A stretch of 64,000 nucleotides of DNA, taken from the NCBI GenBank assembly GCA_965183885.1, contig OZ238992.1, forward strand, positions 500,197 through 564,196. Direction: 5' to 3'. Of the stretch, positions 1 through 7,986 are shown in pieces. The translations under genes and the position numbers were made by a program. The DNA comes from Flavobacteriales bacterium. GTDB lineage: Bacteria > Bacteroidota > Bacteroidia > Flavobacteriales > BACL11. The notes under the pieces are model-generated. The model did not search any database. It worked only from the letters and a program-made list of their open reading frames with translations, and had not been told where the DNA came from. The number at the start of each line of letters is the position of its first letter. Position 1 is the stretch's first letter.

Positions 1-2311
1 CAGTAGTATCAGTAGTTGACCAAGCAAATAAATAAGAAGGTAAACCATAGTTTACTTTTCCTAAGAAGTGGTAATTTGTTGAAACAACTGCTCCATCAAA
101 AGGACCATTAACACCATAAGTATCACCAGAACCAGCAGTAACTGTAAGGTTTGCATCTGAACCCATAGCATCAGCATAAGAGTTAAGAGAACTATTATAG
201 TTATAATTCATTCCTGTAGAACAATATACATATACCCCAACAGTATCACCAGCATTTACTGTAAAAGCAGCAGGAACATTAATTGAACCAGGGCTATTTA
301 ATGCTATAGAATATGAGTTAACTACATGTGTCCAAGCAGTAGAGTCATGCTCAAATCCTGCAGCAGAACCATTTTTAAAGTAAATATCAACAGTTCCTAA
401 ACCAGAGTTACACATTAAATCTAAAGAAGTAATTCCTAAATTAGTAGTTGCAATAACATCAAAAACTTCAAGTTCTGCATAATAAGAAGTAGATGTAAGT
501 GAAGAACCAACATTTCCTCCTGGAGCAGCATAAAAAGAAGTAGCTCCACCAACAGTTAAGTTTACAGCTCCAATAGTTGAAGTTGCAGTAGGAACTGGAG
601 TTACTACAGCACTTACTGCCCAAGCTGCAGGCTCAGTTAAAGTTACTGTTGCAGTATCAGAACATCCGTTTAATGCATCAGTTGTAATACAAGTATAAGT
701 ACCTGCAACTAAACCAGTAGCAGTAGCATTTGTATCACCATTAGACCATAAGTAAGAGTTTGAAGTAGCAACTGGAGAACTTACTACTGCTGTAGCAGTA
801 CCGTCAGCACCTCCATTACAAGTAATATCTGTTCCTGTAATACTTGCTGCATAATAAGTACAAGGATATACATTAAAGATATTAATATCATCAATTCTTA
901 CAAAATTATCTGCCCAACTGTTTGCAGCTCCATACTTACAAGAAGCTTCTATAGTAATATAAACATCAGATTGATTTGCATAAGCTGATAAATCATAAGT
1001 TAAAGTATGACTACCTGCAAGTAATGTTGTATTATCATAAGAAGTATTACCCATATCATCTGCAATTACAGTACCGTTTGCTTTAATTCTGTACCAAGTA
1101 TATTTAGAAGTATAAGTACTAAATAAATCAGCATCTAAAGTCATGTTTACAATAGGTTGAGACCCTGTAAAGTCCATACAGAAAGAAGATGAAGAAACAT
1201 AATCAGTTTTAGCAAAAGCTTGTGTTTCTGTACTAGGAGTTGATCCATAAGAACTATAAGAACCTGAACCTCCAGTCATTTCTAAAGAAACTGTATCGCT
1301 AATTGCATTAGCTGAAGTAGTAAATGCAACAGAAGATTCAGAACCAGATAAAGTTGTAAATCCAACAGTGGTAAAGTTAGCAGATTCAAAATCCTGAGAA
1401 TAATCTAAAGTATTACATGTATAGTAAGTACATAAAGTACTATCATCAACATTACATGAAGCACAGTAGTTGTTTGCATAAACATCAAAACAACCAGGGT
1501 AAGTACATGAACCATCATCAAATGCAGCAGCTGCATTATAGTTAGATGCAAAAGGATCAGTACAACCACCAACACCAGCAGGACAAGCACCTGTAGCGCC
1601 ATTAGCACCAGCAGTCAAACCATGACCACCACCACCAGTAACAGTACCTCCTGAAGCAATAATAGTACCTGTACCATCAGTAATATCCCAAGCAACCTCA
1701 GAAGTATAACTTCCAGTAACCCAGTTAGCAAGATTTACTGTGTCTGCAGATGAAGCACTAAATGTTGCTGAAGCTGTAGAACCTGTAGTAAAAGTAGAAC
1801 CTGTAATAACAGCAGTACCATTTACAGTAACATCAACAGCATTACCATTCCAACCATCTCCATAAGAATCATACATGTTAAATGTAAATAGACAAGGAGT
1901 TGGCGTACAGTAAGCATTTCCAGCACCACTAGCAAACAGTCCATAACCACCACCACCAGAAGCTGTACCTCCAGAAGCAATAACAGTACCTTCACCATCA
2001 GTGATGTCCCAAGCAACCTCACTACTATAAGAACCTAGGTTCCAGTTAGCAAGATCAATAGTATCACCTGTAGAAGCTATAAAAGTAACTGAATCAATCG
2101 CTCCTGAAGCAATTGTAGCAGCAGTAGCAACAGTTACTCCATTCACAGTAACATCAACAGCGTTACCATTCCAACCATCTCCATACGAATCATACATATG
2201 AAGTGTATGCGTACATTGAGCTGTGGCCGGATTACTAAATATCATAATCGCGAAAGCGAAAAGATAACCTAAGAGTCTCCTAGGATTTTTTTTACTAAAC
2301 TTGTTTTCCAT
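1..2311 (-). CDS. Large secreted multidomain adhesin-like protein, N-terminal 770 aa; the 3' end runs off the left edge
   Basis: Hand translation of the minus strand from ATG (2311-2309) is open down to position 2. An in-frame stop lies upstream at 2342-2344. The N-terminus MENKFSKKNPRRLLGYLFAFAIMIFSNPATAQ looks like a signal peptide. The sequence is G/T/S/A/N-rich. A SprB-type repeat sits at about nt 629-850 (ITCNGGADGTATAVV..YLWSNGDT..GTYTCITTD..GCSDTATVTLTEP). The ORF track omits it because there is no stop in the window. Confidence 0.8.
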   Translation of the reverse strand, partial: MENKFSKKNPRRLLGYLFAFAIMIFSNPATAQCTHTLHMYDSYGDGWNGNAVDVTVNGVTVATAATIASGAIDSVTFIASTGDTIDLANWNLGSYSSEVAWDITDGEGTVIASGGTASGGGGYGLFASGAGNAYCTPTPCLFTFNMYDSYGDGWNGNAVDVTVNGTAVITGSTFTTGSTASATFSASSADTVNLANWVTGSYTSEVAWDITDGTGTIIASGGTVTGGGGHGLTAGANGATGACPAGVGGCTDPFASNYNAAAAFDDGSCTYPGCFDVYANNYCASCNVDDSTLCTYYTCNTLDYSQDFESANFTTVGFTTLSGSESSVAFTTSANAISDTVSLEMTGGSGSYSSYGSTPSTETQAFAKTDYVSSSSFCMDFTGSQPIVNMTLDADLFSTYTSKYTWYRIKANGTVIADDMGNTSYDNTTLLAGSHTLTYDLSAYANQSDVYITIEASCKYGAANSWADNFVRIDDINIFNVYPCTYYAASITGTDITCNGGADGTATAVVSSPVATSNSYLWSNGDTNATATGLVAGTYTCITTDALNGCSDTATVTLTEPAAWAVSAVVTPVPTATSTIGAVNLTVGGATSFYAAPGGNVGSSLTSTSYYAELEVFDVIATTNLGITSLDLMCNSGLGTVDIYFKNGSAAGFEHDSTAWTHVVNSYSIALNSPGSINVPAAFTVNAGDTVGVYVYCSTGMNYNYNSSLNSYADAMGSDANLTVTAGSGDTYGVNGPFDGAVVSTNYHFLGKVNYGLPSYLFAWSTTDTT
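1619..2215 (-). repeat. Tandem in-frame duplication (2 x 321 nt, 2 x 107 aa) inside the adhesin gene: C..MYDSYGDGWNGNAVDVTVNG...LANW..GSY.SEVAWDITDG.GT.IASGGT..GGGG.G
   Basis: M39 (nt 2197-2195) and M146 (nt 1876-1874) each start the same MYDSYGDGWNGNAVDVTVNG block. The DNA strings ccattccaaccatctccata recur exactly 321 nt apart (about 2167 and 1846). Confidence 0.85.
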
Positions 2312-2349
2312 AATACATGTTTTTGTTATTAAAAAGGTTAATTATATGT

Positions 2350-2379
2350 AAAAAGCTATTGCACAACAATGAAATAGCT
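2350..2379 (-). terminator. Intrinsic-terminator-like hairpin in the 5' leader, about 40 nt upstream of the adhesin start codon
   Basis: On the minus strand: AGCUAUU (2379-2373), a 12-nt loop, AAUAGCU (2360-2354), then UUUU. The stem is a perfect 7 bp with a short U tract. Confidence 0.35.
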
Positions 2380-2504
2380 GACTTACCAAAAGCAGGATGC
2401 ACGAAAAATTCATACCCTAACGGATATGAATTCTGGACCAGTTTAACCTGATAATTATTGTTTTTCGTCATCAATTCTTATAGTTATTTTAAAAAATAAG
2501 ACTC

Positions 2505-2512
2505 CAAAAATA
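2505..2512 (-). promoter_or_regulatory. Candidate Bacteroidota -7 promoter box (TATTTTTG) for the adhesin leader
   Basis: Exact match to the TAnnTTTG consensus on the minus strand. A TTTG lies 24 nt further upstream (2540-2537), which is longer than the usual spacing. Confidence 0.3.
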
Positions 2513-2873
2513 GCAAAAAAATATTACATTTAATATCAAACAGTCATAAAAAATGCACTTATTAACAGCTTTTTCTTAATAAAACTAAACTTCGAGAAGC
2601 TATAAAAAAACAACATCTATAAAATATTAAAAAAGCAAGCGTTTTACAACCTTCTTAAATACAAGCAATTACACCCAACAAACAATAAACTTATTTACCT
2701 ATAAATTAAATAACTAAAAAAACAAAAGAAAAACAAATATTCTTTTAAAAGCAAAGCCTAAAGCCCTAACAAATCTCCATGATAAAATAAAGTAATTACT
2801 ATCCTAATAAATTAAAGATTATACTTCAATATTTTTTTATAATTTGGCTCGCAGAAAAGAAAACCCATATATA

Positions 2874-4457
2874 ATGATAAAAAAAATCCTATTTTTAGCT
2901 ATACTTTTAGCTTTTTCAACTTCAAATAAAGCAAATACATTAGTAAGTGATAGTACAAATAATGCTGATTTAATTGCCTATGAATGGAGTCCAATATCAG
3001 ATATAGAAAAGATTTTTCAACACGAAAACTCTAAGAAGCTTACAAAGCGCTCAATTGACCAATCTAAGCTTGCAGAACCACATTACATTGCAGCTGTTGA
3101 TTTAATGGTGAAAAAAGAATATGGAGCAGCAATAAATGAGTTTAAAAGCGCAATGAAACGCTATAAAAGAGCAAAATTAAGTGATGATGCTCTAAACTTT
3201 TTAAGAACCAATATGGCATTATGCTATGCAAACTCTGGAAACACTGAAGATCTTGCTGTAAGTAAACGATTTTTAGGACTAATTACTGTTAAAGCTTACA
3301 ATGACGTTAAGTGGGCTTACAATATTGCCATTGCACACTATCAAGTAGGAAACAATAGTGAGGCCGCTTCAGTATTAAGTGCTGCAATTAGAAAAGATGA
3401 GTTCTACTTCCAGGCATATGTAACTTTAGAAGCTATTTACAGAGCTTCAGGAAACAACAAAGATGCCGACAAAGTAATTGAAAGAATGGAAACTGCTGAA
3501 AATAAACTCTTAGCTAAAGCAGAAAAAGAAGCTAACAACAACTCAGCAAACAAACAAAAAAAGGAAAAAAGAAAGAAAAAAGGGGTTACTCCAGCACCTA
3601 AAGGAGAACGTCCAGATGTTACCAATTTACAAATTGTAACAACAGACAATCCTCTTCAATTTAATAAAATTGATAAAATTAACGAAAGAAGTATGACTCA
3701 AATCCAAGAAGGAATTGGAGAGAACAATCTTGGTTTAGAAGCCCTAAATAATAAAGAGTATGATTTAGCCCAGACTCATCTTAAAAATGCTGAAAAAAGA
3801 TTAAAAAGAGGTAAGATTACAGCTGACGGACTTAATTTCACAAGAGGTAACCTTGCTATTTCTTACTTAGCATCAGGAGAAAAAAGAGGCGTTGGACAAG
3901 CAAAAAGATATTTACGATTCCTTACAAAAAGGATCTATAAAACCAGAGAATGGACTTATAACCTAGCTGTAGCTCACTACGCATTTGCAAGCAAATCAAA
4001 AGGAACTACCAGAAAGGATTACATGGAGAAGTCAATAAAAATGTTTAAAACCTCCATGAAACTTGACCGCTTATACTTACCTGCATATCAAAATTTGATT
4101 TATGTATACAAAGAGTTAGATGATGAGAAAAATGCTTTAAGAACACACAAGTTATATGAAAGAGCCAGGAATCAGCTAATGAAATCATTCAGCAAAAAAG
4201 ATCAAATGGCACAAGGTGGAGACCCTTATATTTTCCGTCTTAACCTAGGTACTTTTGATGAATTTAATACTCCTGCTGCAATATTTGATGAAAAATCTGT
4301 AATTACAGTACCTGTTTCAGAAAAAGAAACTGCTTACTTAGCAGGATTATTCTACACTCTGGATGAAGCTGTAGCCTATCAAAAAGCAATGAAAAAGGAA
4401 GGATATACAAACTCCTTTATTGTAGCCTTTAAAGATGGAGAAAAATTAGAATTCTAA
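2874..4457 (+). CDS. Secreted TPR-like repeat protein with a Lys-rich linker and a C-terminal SPOR-like (peptidoglycan-binding) domain
   Basis: The track ORF starts at TTG 2844. ATG 2874 gives MIKKILFLAILLAFSTSNKANT, which is signal-peptide-like. There are two internally duplicated helical modules and a KQKKEKRKKKG linker. The C-terminus YIFRLNLGTFDEFN...YLAGLFYTLDEAVAYQKAMKKEGYTNSFIVAF resembles SPOR. Confidence 0.6.
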   Translation: MIKKILFLAILLAFSTSNKANTLVSDSTNNADLIAYEWSPISDIEKIFQHENSKKLTKRSIDQSKLAEPHYIAAVDLMVKKEYGAAINEFKSAMKRYKRAKLSDDALNFLRTNMALCYANSGNTEDLAVSKRFLGLITVKAYNDVKWAYNIAIAHYQVGNNSEAASVLSAAIRKDEFYFQAYVTLEAIYRASGNNKDADKVIERMETAENKLLAKAEKEANNNSANKQKKEKRKKKGVTPAPKGERPDVTNLQIVTTDNPLQFNKIDKINERSMTQIQEGIGENNLGLEALNNKEYDLAQTHLKNAEKRLKRGKITADGLNFTRGNLAISYLASGEKRGVGQAKRYLRFLTKRIYKTREWTYNLAVAHYAFASKSKGTTRKDYMEKSIKMFKTSMKLDRLYLPAYQNLIYVYKELDDEKNALRTHKLYERARNQLMKSFSKKDQMAQGGDPYIFRLNLGTFDEFNTPAAIFDEKSVITVPVSEKETAYLAGLFYTLDEAVAYQKAMKKEGYTNSFIVAFKDGEKLEF

Positions 4458-5845
4458 TAATCAGGGGCTGCAACAAAAGGAAAAGTTCTAATCCCAAATG
4501 AATACGATATAGAAGTCTGATCAATTAGGTCAGACTTTTTATTGCTATAAAAAGTAGTAAAGAAAACATCAAACCCTAAAATCTTATAAGAAATCTCAGG
4601 CTGAATAGTGCTTAAATGAGTAAGTACTCCTTGTCCATTAAAATTTCCATAGGAATATTCATCTCCATTACGCTCAGCATCAAAATCAGAAGCAAATATA
4701 TTTTGCCCAAAGTGTGTGCCTAAAGAATCTAAACCAACTAAAGCAATAGTAGCCTTTAATTTTAGCTTTAGTTTTCCTTTAGCATAACCCACAATTGTAA
4801 CTAACTCTTTAAAATTTGCCCCTAAGGGATGCGCTAAAGCATGATTTACATGAGTATAAGATTGCATAGGCTCTTTATGAGCATAAGTATAAGGTTGCGC
4901 CTGATTATACTCCAATAATGCTGTTAACATCTTATACTGCGTTTTAATCCCTAGTTGATAAGCAAATTTATTCTGAAAAAAGCCCGTTGAAAAGTTAGCA
5001 TCTCTGTCTTTTTGTCTTGCTATATTAAGGTCATCCAATAACACCTGCATATATAACATTGTTTTTTTGAAACTTACATTAAGAGAAGCTCCCATCAATA
5101 CATTATCAGGAGAATGTTTTGAAAACTCAACAGGGCGATAAAAAATAACAGGATTAAGATATTCCACATCATAAGCTCTATTATAATCTTCAGAATTAGC
5201 TTGCCAAATAACACCTTCAAAAACAGCTATATTAACATAATCCCCTACCCCAACATCCAAATAATGAATACTAGCATGTTTCTTTCTATCCATACCTTTA
5301 TCCTGAATATCTAAAAATGTTGTAAATAAGTTATAATACTTTACGCGACCAAATTCTGTCTTAACCTTTAAGTAAGGATAAGGACTTAACTCATCAGATA
5401 AAAATAACGAACGATAACCATTACCTATGAAGTGCTTTCCTTTTCCAAAACTAAGAGTGATAAACTTATTTGCCTTATAATCTAAAGCATACATCCACCT
5501 TGTATTATCTCTTCCAAACCCAGGAAGCACCCCTAAAGAATCTTTAATCTCATTTACTCTTAAACTATGCGACCCTTTTAACACATCAAAAGAAGCAGAA
5601 ACTTTTATCTTATTAGAGCGTCCTGATTTAAGAGACAAACCATATAAGAGTGTAGAATTCTTATCTTCTCTAAAACCATCACTGCTTAAAGTAGAAAATC
5701 TTAATGCACTTACATTATAAGCAGAAGAATCTACCTTAAAATCAAAACGACTATGATACTCTTTAGAAAAAAATGAAATATTACTTTGTGCGCTAGCCTG
5801 CACTAAGATAAAAAGAAATAAAATACTACTAAAAAGCGTTTTCAT
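4454..5845 (-). CDS. Wzi/RemB-like capsule-assembly outer-membrane protein
   Basis: The internal start MKTLFSSILFLFILVQASAQS is a signal peptide. The motif GKGKHFIGNGYRSLFLSDELSPYPYLKV resembles the Wzi family core. Alternating beta-strand-like composition runs throughout, and the protein ends in an aromatic residue. Confidence 0.5.
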   Translation of the reverse strand: MKTLFSSILFLFILVQASAQSNISFFSKEYHSRFDFKVDSSAYNVSALRFSTLSSDGFREDKNSTLLYGLSLKSGRSNKIKVSASFDVLKGSHSLRVNEIKDSLGVLPGFGRDNTRWMYALDYKANKFITLSFGKGKHFIGNGYRSLFLSDELSPYPYLKVKTEFGRVKYYNLFTTFLDIQDKGMDRKKHASIHYLDVGVGDYVNIAVFEGVIWQANSEDYNRAYDVEYLNPVIFYRPVEFSKHSPDNVLMGASLNVSFKKTMLYMQVLLDDLNIARQKDRDANFSTGFFQNKFAYQLGIKTQYKMLTALLEYNQAQPYTYAHKEPMQSYTHVNHALAHPLGANFKELVTIVGYAKGKLKLKLKATIALVGLDSLGTHFGQNIFASDFDAERNGDEYSYGNFNGQGVLTHLSTIQPEISYKILGFDVFFTTFYSNKKSDLIDQTSISYSFGIRTFPFVAAPDY

Positions 5846-7214
5846 CTCCCTTAAACACATTCCAAACAGTATGGAAAATAACATTAATATCTAATGAAAG
5901 CGACCAGTTCTCTATATACCAAACATCAAGACGAACACGTCCCTCCATATCTTTTAATTCTTTAGTCTCCCCTCTAAACCCTTTTACCTGGGCTGCTCCA
6001 GTAATCCCTGGCTTTACCAGTTGCCTCACCATATATTTATTAATTAATGCAGAGTACTCCTCAGTATGAGCAAGCATGTGAGGCCTTGGTCCTACAACAG
6101 ACATATCACCAAGAAAAACATTAATAAACTGCGGAAACTCATCTAAAGATGATTTTCTTAAGAATGCACCAATTTTAGTAATACGAGCATCTCCTTTGGA
6201 GGCCTGTTTAGTATCAGCATCGATACTCTGAGTCATAGACCTAAATTTATAGCACATAAACTCTTGATTATCTACTCCTGACCTAGCTTGCTTAAATAAC
6301 ACAGGACCTTTGGAGGAAATCTTAATTAACAATGCAATTATTGGGTATAACCAACTTAACACTAATACAATTACTAAAGAAGAAAATAGAATATCAAATG
6401 ATCTTTTAATAAAACGATTACTTGCATCAGTAAGTGGTTCCGCTCTTAAAGTTACTACCGGAACATCATCAAAGAAATCAATATTTACACGCTTAAAGAT
6501 AAACCCCCTAAAATCAGGAACAACCTTAAAACGTATCATATTCTTATCACAAAAAGTAACCAGACTTTTAATCTTTTGAGTATAGGTTAGTGGCATAGTA
6601 TAAAACACCTCATCAATACCATTACTAATAGCAAAGCTTTCTAAAGCATCATAATTATCTGTTTTTACACCATCCTTAATTTTAAAAGATATATCTGTAT
6701 CAGAGAAAACACCCATTACCTTCACCCCTAAAACATCATCAGAATTAAAATAAGTATACAACTGTTTTGCCACCTCTCCCCCACCAAGAATAATTACTTT
6801 CTTATAATTAAACCCTGATTTACGAAACATATAAATTAACTTAACAGCAAAATAACGCCAAAGTAAAATCAGCACAAAAAGAGTTAAATAAGTGGCATAT
6901 AAATGTTCTCTTGAAAATTCAGACGCCTTTAAAGAAAAAAGTATTGAGCTGATTATAAGCGTATTAAAAGCAAATGCCTTAAATAGATTAAACAATATCC
7001 TATCTAATCTCCTTAACCTTTTTAACTCATAAAGTTCCAACATTAATGCTACTAAAATCCAAACTGCATTAAAAATTATAAATAGAAACTTATACTTATC
7101 TGAGAAGATAAGATTGTCAAACTTTAAGTAAAATGTAATAAGGAATGCAAAATTAACTAAAAACACATCACCAATAAAGTGTACAAACCAGAAGTATCTT
7201 GAATATCCTTTCAT
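5829..7214 (-). CDS. Large polyprenyl-phosphate glycosylphosphotransferase (WbaP/WcaJ-type initiating sugar transferase)
   Basis: The N-terminus has multiple TM segments and a Rossmann-like segment (VIILGGGEVAKQL). The C-terminal bacterial sugar-transferase domain reads FDILFSS...KGPVLFKQARSG...FRSM...DEFPQF...GDMSVVGPRP. Confidence 0.85.
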   Translation of the reverse strand: MKGYSRYFWFVHFIGDVFLVNFAFLITFYLKFDNLIFSDKYKFLFIIFNAVWILVALMLELYELKRLRRLDRILFNLFKAFAFNTLIISSILFSLKASEFSREHLYATYLTLFVLILLWRYFAVKLIYMFRKSGFNYKKVIILGGGEVAKQLYTYFNSDDVLGVKVMGVFSDTDISFKIKDGVKTDNYDALESFAISNGIDEVFYTMPLTYTQKIKSLVTFCDKNMIRFKVVPDFRGFIFKRVNIDFFDDVPVVTLRAEPLTDASNRFIKRSFDILFSSLVIVLVLSWLYPIIALLIKISSKGPVLFKQARSGVDNQEFMCYKFRSMTQSIDADTKQASKGDARITKIGAFLRKSSLDEFPQFINVFLGDMSVVGPRPHMLAHTEEYSALINKYMVRQLVKPGITGAAQVKGFRGETKELKDMEGRVRLDVWYIENWSLSLDINVIFHTVWNVFKGDENAF

Positions 7215-7302
7215 ATATGAAGCAAAAATATAAAAACTAAATACTACAAAGACTTATTGAAGCAAGAAGCTTAAAGTCTTTTCAACAAGATTATTAATAC
7301 CC

Positions 7303-7986
7303 TTAATTAGAGGAGTTAAATTTATCTAGCACTAAATCATATAAAATTAAAGCAATTGCATAAGGATAATAAATAAAGTAACGCTTTATAAGCTGCGGTT
7401 CATCGTACATTCTGTAAAATGCTCTAAGTCCTAGTTTATTTATCCAGTTTGGATAATATTTTATTCCAGCAGCAGTTTGATGCAAGAAACCTCCACAAGT
7501 AAAGCCCTCTCCTTCCCAAGCTGTTGCAGAAAGATCAATAAGAAACTGCTCCTGCAAAGGAGTTCCCATTCCACAAATCACATAATCTGCTTTAAGCTCA
7601 ATTATCTCATTAAAAACTACCGTCCTTTCATCCGATGTTCTTAAATAACCATCTCTAAAACCACAAATACTTAAATCTGGAAATTGTTTTTGAATATTTT
7701 GAATTGCAACATCAATTACCTTTGGTTTTGTACCAATAAAGTATATCGTTTTATTTTTTGCTATAGCCTCACCAAATACCACAGGAGCTAAAGAAGTCAT
7801 ATCAAAACTTTTTCGGGTATACCTACTGCCAAACAAATTCAATAATTTTACCAATAAAATCCCATCAATTTCTATATTAAAATGAGCTAATTGTTTCTTA
7901 TCTTTTCTTGCTAAAAGATAAGAAAATGGATTTAAGAATGTAGTAATTCGTTTATCCTTACTTTTTGATTTAATTATTCTAATCAT
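7303..7986 (-). CDS. WecB/TagA/CpsF-family glycosyltransferase (GT26)
   Basis: Size is 227 aa. Pattern: FLNPFSYLLARK...IDGILLV...IYFIGTKPKVIDVAIQNIQKQFPDL.ICGFRDGY...GMGTPLQE. Confidence 0.7.
   Translation of the reverse strand: MIRIIKSKSKDKRITTFLNPFSYLLARKDKKQLAHFNIEIDGILLVKLLNLFGSRYTRKSFDMTSLAPVVFGEAIAKNKTIYFIGTKPKVIDVAIQNIQKQFPDLSICGFRDGYLRTSDERTVVFNEIIELKADYVICGMGTPLQEQFLIDLSATAWEGEGFTCGGFLHQTAAGIKYYPNWINKLGLRAFYRMYDEPQLIKRYFIYYPYAIALILYDLVLDKFNSSN

Noticed and set aside
1405-2022. Track ORFs 1405..1608(-) and 1822..2022(-), 66-67 aa, Leu/Val/Met-rich
   Set aside because: Both are in a different minus-strand frame from the 770-codon adhesin ORF that spans the whole region. Their low-complexity hydrophobic translations are frame-shifted shadows of the Gly/Thr/Ala-rich gene.
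2312-2843. Invertible (phase-variable) promoter of the Bacteroides capsule type in the long AT-rich spacer, and likewise upstream of the polysaccharide locus (28406-28461)
   Set aside because: I found no pair of longer inverted repeats flanking a promoter-sized segment, and the window has no site-specific recombinase gene.
2844-2873. TTG start at 2844 for the TPR/SPOR-like gene (and, likewise, TTG 62555 for nadE and TTG 40971 for the TPR protein)
   Set aside because: Downstream ATG codons give canonical N-termini: the signal peptide MIKKILFL.., MQTTAIINHI.. for NadE, and a TAATG coupling for the TPR protein. The TTG-extended residues look non-native.
7248-7281. 8-bp inverted repeat (AAAGACTT / AAGTCTTT) in the 88-bp gap between the GT26 gene and the WbaP-like gene
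   Set aside because: The loop is 18 nt and no U tract follows the stem directly, so it is not convincing as a terminator. It might be a processing site or simply chance in AT-rich DNA.
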